A DNA stretch of 64,000 bases from Candidatus Bathyarchaeota archaeon (GTDB lineage: Archaea > Thermoproteota > Bathyarchaeia > Bathyarchaeales > Bathycorpusculaceae): contig CAVYXJ010000010.1 of NCBI GenBank assembly GCA_963772455.1, forward strand, positions 384,001 through 448,000. Reading direction: 5' to 3'. Below the pieces are notes generated by a model that was not told where the DNA came from, did no database searches, and was given only the letters and a program-made list of their open reading frames with translations. Below, one piece after another: positions 54,630-64,000 of this stretch; the first letter of the stretch is position 1; the number at the start of each line of letters is the position of its first letter. The position numbers were made by a program, and so were the translations under genes.

Positions 54630-54923
54630 TTACCAATTCCACGGAAACACTTGAGGATAGTAAATTACAGCTATAATTATAATGACTACGGCAATTAAAA
54701 GACCTGTTACTATGCCTCTTTTTGCGTTATACGATAATCCACGTTTGGGAGCAGATGATTTTTGAGCATTAAGGTTTGTATTGGTGACAGGCTGAGTTAT
54801 TGGGGGTGTTGAACTATTCTGGGGTAGGGCTTTTCCGCAGAATGCACAAAATGGCACATTATCTTTATTTTGTTTACCGCAAAAAGGGCAAAACATTATT
54901 TTATCTCCAATACCACTAAGCAA
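54630..54923 (-). CDS. Zinc-ribbon membrane-anchored protein
   Basis: MFCPFCGKQN..NVPFCAFCG, C-terminal TM helix. Confidence 0.7.
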   Translation of the reverse strand: MLSGIGDKIMFCPFCGKQNKDNVPFCAFCGKALPQNSSTPPITQPVTNTNLNAQKSSAPKRGLSYNAKRGIVTGLLIAVVIIIIAVIYYPQVFPWNW

Positions 54924-55250
54924 TTCAGGGCAATAAAGTTTGCTAAGAAAGTCCTTTGTTTTTCAACTTTTAACAACTATGAGATACTCAAAGGTGTGCT
55001 TGCCCTTACATACGCATTAGAAAAACAACAACAAATTAGCTTCGGAATATTTTACTTCACTTCAGATTCTTGTTTTTCAAGTTAGAATTATCAACTTTAA
55101 ATCAATCATTTTAATGCTCAGTTGGTTGGTGAAGCGCGCCTGTGAAACAGTTGATTAACCCCTTCTCCCTTTCAACCGGAGTTGTTCAATAGCGAAGAAG
55201 GAACAAACTCACCATTACGCTATTTTCATCATCAAAAATTCTTTCGAATT

Positions 55251-55679
55251 TTACCCACGATTGCCATAGCTTTTATTCATACAATCTTGGCAATAATTTC
55301 GCTTAAACCTCTTTATTCGCCTAGGCTGAAAGAGTTTTCCACAAGAACTACATTTGATTTGGTTAATTGTCTTAGGATCGAGCAGTTTAAGTCTTCGCTC
55401 TATCTCATTTTTAACGTCTGAATCGTTTTCACCAAGCAAAGCGTGTGTCAACAATGTTTTAGCTTGTTCTTCACATTTATCCCCGAACATCTTTGAAAAG
55501 ACATTGTTTTTTTTCTGATCAACACTAATCTGAGAAGGAAGCATGCAGATAAAATTTGAAGGATAGCTCTTTGATTTATCTGAGTCAACTACGGCAAAGC
55601 GGTAGTGCCTGCCTACATAGTTGCCTTCAAGGCTATCTTGAGTAAATATTTGTAACTTGAACTTCACAATAACACCCAC
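55251..55679 (-). CDS. Hypothetical protein with C-terminal zinc finger
   Basis: CSSCG...CQDC. Confidence 0.6.
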   Translation of the reverse strand: MGVIVKFKLQIFTQDSLEGNYVGRHYRFAVVDSDKSKSYPSNFICMLPSQISVDQKKNNVFSKMFGDKCEEQAKTLLTHALLGENDSDVKNEIERRLKLLDPKTINQIKCSSCGKLFQPRRIKRFKRNYCQDCMNKSYGNRG

Positions 55680-56002
55680 ACGTATAGATAGCGCTTAGCA
55701 AGCTAATATCTATAATCATTTAAAACCAGAATTTCACAAATAAATATCTTTGTATAAAAAATTAAGGCGAATAGAACAGCGACCGCAAAAACGAATGTAG
55801 TTTTGCTTTGTTGATTAATTACTTCAAGAGGTAAACGCTTATTTCATGTCTTTCTTCGTCAAGGTTGGGACTTTTTTAATTTGGTTGATTTGAACTGTAT
55901 TTATGGATGCAAGTTGTATTACAAATGTAATACAGATGAAAACGCTTTTATGTAATCCTACCTTGAAGGCTCTAATTATCAAATCAAAAGGAGAACGTTA
56001 AA

Positions 56003-56584
56003 TTGATGCAAAGTAGTGCAAAACGAGTTTCAATAATTGCAATAACAGCAGCCCTTTATACCGTATTTTTCTTCTTATCATTCGCAATTGGTGTACCAAC
56101 TTTCACAGTACTTTATCTCCCAATTATTCTACTAGGTGTCTTCCCGCTTTGGTTTGGATGGGCAGGATTAGTCGGCAGCATGATTGGAGCATTTATAGGC
56201 GGCGTTTACGTTGAAGGCTTGCCACTTTACCTAGCTTGGGTAGAAATTACAACGGCGATAGTCATTTTCGGATTAAATTGGCTCCTTATTCCCAAATCAG
56301 CCGCCGAAGCCAAAACAACAAAAGGAATCATAATCCTCTCAAGCATCTATGCTTTAACCCTATTTGTTGGGACATGTTTTATACTCTGGCAGTTTACAGC
56401 TGTCGGTTTGTTCCCTGCGGAAGTTGCTTGGCCTCTATTGCCCGGTACTTTTGCTCTTAACTTACCCATTGCATTAATCGCGTGTCCAGCTTTGATTAGG
56501 GCTGTTACGCCTAAACTCAAAAGTTGGGCAATGTACTCAGGCAGCTTTGCAGAATGGCGAAATCGCTCCAAAAAAACTGCATAA
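56003..56584 (+). CDS. ECF S-component-like membrane protein
   Basis: IAITAALY, FPLWFG.AGLVG..IGAFIG, 5-6 TM helices. Confidence 0.6.
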   Translation: MMQSSAKRVSIIAITAALYTVFFFLSFAIGVPTFTVLYLPIILLGVFPLWFGWAGLVGSMIGAFIGGVYVEGLPLYLAWVEITTAIVIFGLNWLLIPKSAAEAKTTKGIIILSSIYALTLFVGTCFILWQFTAVGLFPAEVAWPLLPGTFALNLPIALIACPALIRAVTPKLKSWAMYSGSFAEWRNRSKKTA

Positions 56585-56662
56585 TACCTCTCAACTCTTC
56601 TTTTTATCAAAATAGAAAATACTTTTAAGCTAATAGTCCTTAAGGCAATTTGAGCGGTAACT

Positions 56663-57184
56663 ATGAAAATCCAAATTCTAAAACTAACGCCTGAATCTCT
56701 CGTCAGATTACTCCAAGGCAAAGCAACCATGTTTGCAACTAACTTACCGTGTGACACCGAAATATTAGATATAAAACTGGATTTTTTCACCCAACAAGTT
56801 TCCATCGTTATTAGAAGTGAAAGTTTCGAGGACATTTCTGAAAATGTCCCACCTCCTCAGCTTCAATTATCTAAGTCCACTGAATTCAAAAGCACATCAA
56901 AACTAGCAACAGTCGTAAAGCCCCAAATTGTTGCTGAAACTAAGTCTATGGTTGCAAAGCTTCCTCAACCCCAACCTAGTAGAATGGCTTCTAAAATGGA
57001 AAACGAGTTTAGCCCCGAACAACGCAAACTACTAAGTTTTACTGCGAAAGAAAACTGCGTAGTTGTTAAGCCAATAATGTTTCTGAAGGCCGAATGGGAT
57101 GACATCAACGAGGTTGTACGGAGTTTAGGCGGTAAATGGGTTAAAGGCGATATAATCAGTTACTGGGAAATCCCATTGCAGTAG
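56663..57184 (+). CDS. Hypothetical protein
   Basis: 173 aa; C-terminal EWDDINEVVRSLGGKWV...WEIP. Confidence 0.6.
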   Translation: MKIQILKLTPESLVRLLQGKATMFATNLPCDTEILDIKLDFFTQQVSIVIRSESFEDISENVPPPQLQLSKSTEFKSTSKLATVVKPQIVAETKSMVAKLPQPQPSRMASKMENEFSPEQRKLLSFTAKENCVVVKPIMFLKAEWDDINEVVRSLGGKWVKGDIISYWEIPLQ

Positions 57185-57197
57185 GACTGTTGTTAAC

Positions 57198-57629
57198 TTG
57201 AGTAAGAAACGAAAAAACTTTAAACAAGAAAACGCTAATCAGAATAGTAGTGAGCCAAAGATGGAAAAAACTGATAAACCTCTAACAAGAGACGCATTAG
57301 TCGCAATGCAAGTTATAGACGCAAAAGGACGACTTATAGGGAAAGTAAAGGATGTTGCTTTCGCCGTTGGAAAAATGGGTATAGCACTAACAATTGAAAA
57401 CGATGATGGCGAAACTCAAAACGTTGCATGGGAAGATGTTCAAGCAGCTTCAGACTTCATACTTCTAAAACCTCAAGCCATTCATCAAACCGCATATCAA
57501 CCTGCTCAAACAATAGCACAACCTGTTCAACAATCAACGCAACCGCTATGCCCAACATGTGGTAAGCCTCTGACATGGATTCCGCAATACCAACGATGGT
57601 ACTGCTACAACGACAAAAAATACGTCTAA
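57198..57629 (+). CDS. PRC-barrel protein with C-terminal zinc ribbon
   Basis: VIDAKGRLIGKVKDV...WEDVQAASDFILLK; CPTCGKPLTWIPQYQRWYCYND. Confidence 0.78.
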   Translation: MSKKRKNFKQENANQNSSEPKMEKTDKPLTRDALVAMQVIDAKGRLIGKVKDVAFAVGKMGIALTIENDDGETQNVAWEDVQAASDFILLKPQAIHQTAYQPAQTIAQPVQQSTQPLCPTCGKPLTWIPQYQRWYCYNDKKYV

Positions 57630-57844
57630 AACCTAAAATCATCAATATTTTCTTTATTTTCTAGCATATATTTGACTAATTAATTTTAGAGACTAAAGCC
57701 TCCTTGATAAAAGAAAAAAAAATATTTTCTTTTCCATGAAAATCAAGTATTGGGTATTAAGAAATAAGTAAATAAAAATAATTTTGAGAAATCAAAAAAT
57801 TAACCGCTTTATACTAAAATAAAGCGAGTGATAGTTTTGCAGAT

Positions 57845-58471
57845 TTAACTTTCTATAGGCTTTTCTAAAATGGTTATTGTTCCATTTTTTCCAAGTCGCA
57901 GCTGCTTTTCGCCCTTAAACATTGCCACATGGGCGTTCTTGATTTCTATGTATTCGCCAGCATGGACGCTATTAATCTGCTCATCCCAAAGACACAGGAG
58001 AATTTTTCCTGATTCATCGCCAATTGTGGCATTAGAAACAACTGCGTTGTCCCTAAATTGAGTGTGAACTTTGGCCGGTTCCGCAGTTTGCAAAACTTCC
58101 GCTGTAACATTTATTTTTTTCATACCAACACGCAAATTTTCTATCTTGAAATGTGAAGGCGCTGGGTTTTGTCTAGCAATTTCTTTTCGAACCTTGCTCG
58201 TGTCCATTGAGTGGTCGAATGAAACATCGGTTCTTGCAAGTGTTTCATCTGGAACTCGGAACTGTGCAACTACTTTAGTATCTTTTGTTATTAGGAAAAT
58301 GGCTTGGGTAGTTACGTTTCCTCGATACTCCACAGTTAAATCTGAAACAGACATTGGTTTGCTTTGTTCTTTTGCATTAATTAGGGCTTGAAAGAGTTCG
58401 GTTGGGTAAACTTCATGCTGAGTAGCAATGAAGGCAAGTTGGTCTTCTAATGTGGGCTTTTTTGGTTTCAT
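57845..58471 (-). CDS. OB-fold single-stranded DNA-binding protein (SSB/RPA-like) with N-terminal extension
   Basis: KIENLRVGMKKINV.AEV...VSNATIGDESGKI.LCLWD...IKNAHV..FKGEKQL.LGK. Confidence 0.82.
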   Translation of the reverse strand: MKPKKPTLEDQLAFIATQHEVYPTELFQALINAKEQSKPMSVSDLTVEYRGNVTTQAIFLITKDTKVVAQFRVPDETLARTDVSFDHSMDTSKVRKEIARQNPAPSHFKIENLRVGMKKINVTAEVLQTAEPAKVHTQFRDNAVVSNATIGDESGKILLCLWDEQINSVHAGEYIEIKNAHVAMFKGEKQLRLGKNGTITILEKPIES

Positions 58472-58738
58472 ACTTTATTTTGTTCTCCTTTCAATTTAGC
58501 GAATAATCTTGAAAATAGCAAACTAGTTAGCCCTAAAATTTACTTTTTCCTCGATTAACTTCCGCAATTTAATAGTAAGGTTACTTTAGCTATATAGGTG
58601 TAACTATAAAAAAACGGGTTTCTCATGGACAACTATCCTCCTTGTGGAAGGCACTCAAAAGCTGACGAGGGCTTCCAAAAAGCAAAAAGCATAGCTTCTG
58701 CATATGAATTATAGAGCGCTTATTTTTGGAGTTATATT

Positions 58739-59614
58739 ATGACCGAAAACCTAAGAGACTTAACCAAAGTTGACTTAAAAAACCTCGATAAAATCTTCTA
58801 TCCCAAAAACGAAGTAACCAAAGGACAAGTAATAGAATACTACGTTCGAATGGCGCCAAAGATTCTTCCTTTAATTGCAGATAGACCACTGGTCTTAACT
58901 AGGTATCCTGACGGTATTGAAGGTGACAAAGTCAGGTTTTTTGAAAAGAACGCTCCCGAAGGCACACCTAAATGGGTTAAAACCCAAATAATCTACTCCC
59001 CAACATCAAAACGAAATGTTTACTACATAGTATGCAACGACTTGGATACTCTCATTTGGCTGGCAAACTTGGCTGCATTGGAAATCCATATGCCATTTTC
59101 CAAAATTGACGATTTAGACAAGCCCGACATGTTATTCTTTGATGTAGACCCCGAACCACCAGCAACGTTGAGTGATGCTGCTGAAGTTGCATTGCTGCTT
59201 AAAGACAAACTATTGGAATTGGGGCTCACACCTTACGTTAAAACTTCGGGCAAAAAAGGTTTACATGTCGTAATCCCCATAGTTGCCAAACACCCGTTTG
59301 AGAAAACGAGAGCTTTCGTGCATAAAGTTGGAATCGAACTTGCAAAAGAAAACGAAATAGTAGTTTCTGAATTCAAGGATACAAAAAAACCAGGAAAAGT
59401 TTTTGCCGATTACTTGCAGAATTCTCCAATGCGAACTATGGTTGTTCCCTACAGTTTAAGGCCGACAACTGAAGCTACAGTTTCAGCGCCTTTAGAATGG
59501 AGCGAAGTGAAGAAAGGAATAAACCCTTCCGACTATACTATTTCTACAGTAGTTAAACGCACGAGTAATCCGTGGAAAGATATTTTTGAAAAAAGATGTG
59601 AACTGGAGATTTAA
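58739..59614 (+). CDS. NHEJ primase-polymerase (LigD Pol domain)
   Basis: NLDKIFYP, RPLVLTRYPDGI, FDVDPEP, KTSGKKGLH, DYLQN, PYSLR. Confidence 0.93.
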   Translation: MTENLRDLTKVDLKNLDKIFYPKNEVTKGQVIEYYVRMAPKILPLIADRPLVLTRYPDGIEGDKVRFFEKNAPEGTPKWVKTQIIYSPTSKRNVYYIVCNDLDTLIWLANLAALEIHMPFSKIDDLDKPDMLFFDVDPEPPATLSDAAEVALLLKDKLLELGLTPYVKTSGKKGLHVVIPIVAKHPFEKTRAFVHKVGIELAKENEIVVSEFKDTKKPGKVFADYLQNSPMRTMVVPYSLRPTTEATVSAPLEWSEVKKGINPSDYTISTVVKRTSNPWKDIFEKRCELEI

Positions 59615-59616
59615 TT

Positions 59617-60441
59617 ATGGAACAAGAAAATATTGAAGACCCCCCTTCTGAAAAAACCAGTGCTTCAGCCCCAAGTAGATCCATTTGGTCAGGAAACATT
59701 ACGATTGGCTTAGTTAATGTTCCCGTTAAATTGTTCTCAATGATTTACGATAAGGGTATAGCATTTCATTTTCTGCACAAAACTGATGGTCAACCATTAA
59801 AATACGTTAAAATGTGCACTAAAGACGACAAAATAGTGCCTTGGAACGAGGTAGTAAGAGGATACGAAGTATCAAAAAATGAATTCATAACATTCGATCA
59901 AAATGAACTCAACCAAGCTAAACCCGAATCAGACAAGCGAATTCGCATAAGCAAATTTGTTGATTATTTCTCAGTTGACCCAGTTTACTTTGACAGAACG
60001 TACGCTTTATTGCCAGACAAAAGCAAAGATGCCTACGGGCTGCTTTTAAAGGCACTTGAAAAAACCAACAAAGCAGGGGCAGGCAGAATCACGTTACGAA
60101 CGAAAGAATACCCAGCGCTTCTTCACACATACAAAGGCGCCTTAGTCTTAACAACGCTCCGATACTCATACGATGTAGTAAACCCAACAGATTTTGAACC
60201 CCTGCACAAACTTGAAACACCCCCGAAAGCGGAATTAGATCTTGCAGTAAAAATCGTAACTGACCTATCAGGGGAATTCGATATAACAGAATTCGAAGAC
60301 ACATACCAGAAAAGAATCAAAGAACTGGTAAAACAAAAAGTTAAAGGCGAAAAAATTCACATTGAGAGACCTCCAGAAGTTGAAGCCAAGGGACTCATGG
60401 TTGCACTTCGAGAAACGCTCAAGCAGTTGGAGACGAAATGA
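59617..60441 (+). CDS. ku: Ku DNA end-binding protein
   Basis: RSIWSGNITIGLVNVPVKL, VRGYEV, DPVYFDRTY.L.P, AYGLL..AL, EDTY. Confidence 0.95.
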   Translation: MEQENIEDPPSEKTSASAPSRSIWSGNITIGLVNVPVKLFSMIYDKGIAFHFLHKTDGQPLKYVKMCTKDDKIVPWNEVVRGYEVSKNEFITFDQNELNQAKPESDKRIRISKFVDYFSVDPVYFDRTYALLPDKSKDAYGLLLKALEKTNKAGAGRITLRTKEYPALLHTYKGALVLTTLRYSYDVVNPTDFEPLHKLETPPKAELDLAVKIVTDLSGEFDITEFEDTYQKRIKELVKQKVKGEKIHIERPPEVEAKGLMVALRETLKQLETK

Positions 60442-61898
60442 GTCGCCACATTTACCGCCCAATGCTTGCAAAGGTTGCCGAAGAAGCTTTTTCAGATAAA
60501 GAATGGTTTTTTGAAGTAAAATGGGACGGATTTCGAGCAATTGCCTACATTGAAGAATCTTTCAGCCTCAAGAGCCGTAACGAAAAAGAACTTAAAGGCA
60601 ACTTTCCAGAACTGCAGGAACTAAAAAAACTTGCCAAAAACATAGTTGTTGACGGCGAAATCATCGTTATGCGAGAAGGCAAACCCGACTTCCAATCGTT
60701 GCTTGAACGCGGGAAAGCTGTTTCTGAAGGAGAGATTCAAAGGCAAGAAAATCGGTTACCTGCAATCTACATTGTTTTTGACATCTTAGAGAAAGATGGA
60801 AAATCCCTAACTAAACTCCCATTGACTGAACGAAAAACAATCCTTAAAGATTCTCTAGTGGAAGGCTCAAACGTAATTTTATGTGATTTTATTGAGGAAA
60901 AAGGCGAAGCCTATTTTCAATCAGTTTTAGAAAAGGGCTTAGAAGGGGTAGTGGCAAAAAAGAAAGATAGTCTGTATGAAGAAGGTTTGCGGACTGGGAG
61001 TTGGCTAAAAATAAAAAAACTCAAAACATGCGATTGTATAATTTTCGGTTATACCAGGGGCAGCGAATCAAGAGGAGCAACCTTTGGAGCCCTTCTCATA
61101 GGCGTATACGACGAAAAAGGTAAGCCAATTTATCTAGGCAAAGTTGGAACGGGTTTCACGCAAGAGATGATTAGAATTTTAGTTGATAAATTTGAAAAAA
61201 TAACAACAGAAGCTCCACCATTTAAGCCGGAAGTTGGCGATGTTGTGTATTGGCTTGAACCAAAACTTGTCTGTGAAGTTGCCTACCAAGTGGCTACGAG
61301 GGATCTAAGATTACGTATGGCACGTTTCAAACGTTTAAGAGATGACAAACCACCTGAACAATGCACCATTGATCAAATAATCGAGATTAAGAAAACAGAA
61401 GTCGACGAAACTAATGATAAGACAAGGCAGAAAAGTGAAGAAGAATCCGAAAAGCTTTCAGAATACTCTAAAAAACGCCACTTCGAAGAAACACCCGAAC
61501 CCATAGCCACAATAGAAAAAAAAGACGGTAAACTAATTTATGTAATTCAAGAGCACCATGCAAGAGCTCTCCACTTTGACCTTAGATTGGAAAAGGATGG
61601 TGTGTTAAAAAGTTGGGCTGTTCCAAAAGGAATCCCTGAAGGTCCGGAAAAACATTTGGCAGTGGAGGTTGAAGATCACCCTTTTGAATACGCAAGTTTT
61701 GAGGGCACAATTCCTAAGGGGCAATATGGTGCCGGGACAGTAAAAATCTGGGACAAAGGGCACTACGAGCCTAAACTCTGGGAAAAAGACAAAATTGAAG
61801 TTACCCTAAATGGTGAACGTCTCAATGGGCGCTACGTTCTGATTCGACTCAAGAGAGCAGGAGAAAAAGATTGGCTCTTGTTTAAAGGAAAAGAATAA
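60438..61898 (+). CDS. ligD: LigD-type ATP-dependent DNA ligase fused to C-terminal 3'-phosphoesterase domain
   Basis: EVKWDGFR, DGEI, FDIL, EGVVAK, WLKIK; PE motifs YSKKRHFEETPEP, IQEHHARALHFDLRLE, SWAVPKG, EDHP.EY. Confidence 0.93.
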   Translation: MSRHIYRPMLAKVAEEAFSDKEWFFEVKWDGFRAIAYIEESFSLKSRNEKELKGNFPELQELKKLAKNIVVDGEIIVMREGKPDFQSLLERGKAVSEGEIQRQENRLPAIYIVFDILEKDGKSLTKLPLTERKTILKDSLVEGSNVILCDFIEEKGEAYFQSVLEKGLEGVVAKKKDSLYEEGLRTGSWLKIKKLKTCDCIIFGYTRGSESRGATFGALLIGVYDEKGKPIYLGKVGTGFTQEMIRILVDKFEKITTEAPPFKPEVGDVVYWLEPKLVCEVAYQVATRDLRLRMARFKRLRDDKPPEQCTIDQIIEIKKTEVDETNDKTRQKSEEESEKLSEYSKKRHFEETPEPIATIEKKDGKLIYVIQEHHARALHFDLRLEKDGVLKSWAVPKGIPEGPEKHLAVEVEDHPFEYASFEGTIPKGQYGAGTVKIWDKGHYEPKLWEKDKIEVTLNGERLNGRYVLIRLKRAGEKDWLLFKGKE

Positions 61899-61899
61899 T

Positions 61900-62642
61900 A
61901 TGCAAAACCTCCATTTAGGAACAATTGGATTTAGCTATAATTTCTGGAAAGGAAAATTTTACCCAAACAAAACTTGTCAAAAAACTACTTGGCTTATTAC
62001 TCCACGCAATTCAATACAGTAGAAATTGACAGCAGCTTCTACCGAATTCCAACATCTCAAACAGTAGAAAACTGGAAAAAACAAGTTCCAGAAGGATTTC
62101 TTTTCTCGTTAAAATTTCCCCAAATAATAACTCACATAAAAATGCTAAAAGACTGCCAATACGAAACTAATATTTTTCTTGAAAGAGCAAGCCTTCTTGA
62201 AAAAAAACTTGGAGCTTTACTTTTGCAGTTTCCACCCAATTTCAGCACAAAACACCTCGCTGACATGGAGTTTTTCTTACAAAAACTGCCTACAATCCAT
62301 CGTTACGTCGTTGAAGTCAGAAACAAAAGCTGGTTAAACCAAGAATTTTATTCAATTTTAAAAGCTAATAACATTGCTTTGGCAACGTCAGATAGCCCAC
62401 TAATGGCTCAAATCAACGAAGTAACAGCCGATTTCCTATATTTTAGATGGGAAGGTGACCGAAAAAAAGTCAACGGTACTTTAGGTAAGGCTGAAGCCGA
62501 CAAATCCAAGGATTTGAAGTTGGTAGCAGAAAAAATCAAACCTTTCTTAGATAAACAGACAACTCTCTTTGGGTACTTTGGCAAATACTACTCAGGCTAC
62601 CCCCCCTCAGACATCGTTAGCCTTCAATCATTAATCAAATAA
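61900..62642 (+). CDS. DUF72 (YecE-like) protein; frameshift near 61974
   Basis: MQNLHLGTIGFSYNFWKGKFYP then shifted LAYYSTQFNTVEIDSSFYRIP, KFPQIITH, LLQFPP, VEVRNKSW. Confidence 0.85.
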
Positions 62643-62741
62643 AGGATATTCACAAATTTCAGCGGGCATTACAAATTAAAAGTCAGGAATGGATTTTAAG
62701 CCACAAAACCAATAACAATACGCAGGAAAGAGTGATCTCCT

Positions 62742-63352
62742 ATGTTCTTTAGACAAATTCAACAACACAGCGACAATTTCTCGTACATTATAGCCGATGA
62801 GGATACACTTGACGCAGCAGTTGTAGATTCAAGTTATAATGCTGACGAAATAATAAAAATAATAAAAAACGAGAAAATTACAATTAAAATACATTGTTAA
62901 TACACATGGTCACTCTGACCACACCGCTGGAAATATAGAACTTCAATCGATCTTTGGAGCAAAAATAGTTGCTCATAAACAAACTAAAATTCACCCTGAC
63001 CTCCTCAGTGGATGAGGGCAAAACACTTAGAATTGGAAAAATATCATTAAAAATTATTTACACACCCGGACACACCGCCGATAGCATCTGCCTCCTTGTT
63101 AACGACCAGAAACTGCTAACGGGCGACACCTTGTTTGTCGGCGAATGTGGAAGAACCGATTTTCCCGGTGGCAACACAATAAGTATGTACGAGAGCCTCA
63201 ATAGACTTCAAAAACTAAGCGACAACATGAAGTTTATCCTGGACACGACTACGGATTAAGCCATCATCAACAATCAGGGGAAGAAAAAAAATCGAACTAC
63301 ACTCTGCAACCACGGAGCTTAAGGAATTTATCGAGTTTATGAGTCAGCCTTA
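62742..63352 (+). pseudogene. Metallo-beta-lactamase/glyoxalase II-like hydrolase, multiply frameshifted
   Basis: NFSYII, THGHSDH, TPGHT, TGDTLF...GRTDFPGG and YPGHDY spread over different frames. Confidence 0.8.
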
Positions 63353-64000
63353 ACAAGTTTTCTTCTTCTTGGAAATACGACGATTATTACTAAAACAACA
63401 ATAAACAAGACGATGAATGGATAAATTTCTGGATGAATCAAGATCTCAAATATGATAATCAAAAACTGAACTACTGAATTATTTGCGTAAGTTTGGGGGG
63501 ATGAGTTTTGCTGCGAAACAGGCAATCCATTGTAAGTTATGCTTTTGGGCAAAATTACCTGATTAACCAAACTATTTACTGGGTAAAATGTGGATGAGTA
63601 TGTTTTCCAGTTAAAAACTGTAGCTACACCATAGACATCAAGATTGGAGATCTCTATAGTTGGACTTCTCATGTTATAGACTGGATACATCAAATCTTCC
63701 GTGTAGTTGCTATGTCCTAAACCTAAACTATGTCCCAGTTCATGGATAGCAACATTCTGCATGTCTCCTTCATTCAATGTGTCGCCATGGCGAGTGTGTG
63801 CGGAAAGTCTAACTGTACAATTAATTATAGTGTTTTGGTAGTTTGCAGAGATTTGTGATAATCCAACTTCGTCTGTTGTGTTACTAAAGGGGGACTCAAG
63901 CCAATTGATATAAATATCATAACCCGGCTGCAAAGTGCTAGAAATTGTCGGTTGAATTCTAAGGCTTGATAAATATGAATAGTCTGAGTAGTTAGAAGCA
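63337..64000 (-). CDS. Matrixin-like (metzincin) zinc metalloprotease with C-terminal membrane anchor, 5'-truncated by window
   Basis: HELGHSLGLGH zinc motif, LMYP Met-turn, C-terminal TM plus RRRK. Confidence 0.85.
   Translation of the reverse strand, partial: ASNYSDYSYLSSLRIQPTISSTLQPGYDIYINWLESPFSNTTDEVGLSQISANYQNTIINCTVRLSAHTRHGDTLNEGDMQNVAIHELGHSLGLGHSNYTEDLMYPVYNMRSPTIEISNLDVYGVATVFNWKTYSSTFYPVNSLVNQVILPKSITYNGLPVSQQNSSPQTYANNSVVQFLIIIFEILIHPEIYPFIVLFIVVLVIIVVFPRRRKLVKADS

Noticed and set aside
55118-55181. GC-richer intergenic hairpin
   Set aside because: Pairing is modest and there are no recognisable boxes; insufficient to call an ncRNA
58640-58700. CTGACGAG suggesting a hammerhead ribozyme or fluoride riboswitch
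   Set aside because: No GAAA after stem II and no GGNGAUGG...UCNCC pseudoknot; only a simple hairpin is supported

Overview
Archaeal chromosomal window, most consistent with a TACK archaeon and probably Bathyarchaeia. This is an inference from egsA, Topo VI, L14e-cbf5, aCPSF1, proteasome beta, a TACK-like 23S rRNA, and SepF together with a histidine kinase. It is mostly housekeeping: serine/glycine metabolism, DtxR-feoB iron uptake, ABCE1, topoisomerase VI, Dpo4, queT-queC and a DEAD-box helicase. RNA genes are five tRNAs (Pro-TGG, Thr-CGT, Thr-TGT, Arg-CCT, intron-containing Leu-TAA) and a stand-alone 23S rRNA with long processing stems. An AT-rich accessory stretch around tRNA-Arg contains a VapBC mini-island bounded by a tRNA duplication. 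The most notable observations are: (1) a complete, tightly packed NHEJ operon (LigD-Pol, Ku, ligase-phosphoesterase fusion, DUF72), rare in archaea; (2) a structured, SD-sequestering leader upstream of queT-queC that looks like an undescribed archaeal preQ0/preQ1 riboswitch; (3) two tRNA-Thr genes sharing a non-canonical D-loop/T-loop elbow; (4) two unannotated ~110-200 nt rod-like ncRNA candidates and a C/D-box sRNA; (5) several microproteins missed by the ORF track. Scattered single-base frameshifts suggest assembly indel errors. All calls come from reading motifs by eye; no searches were run.
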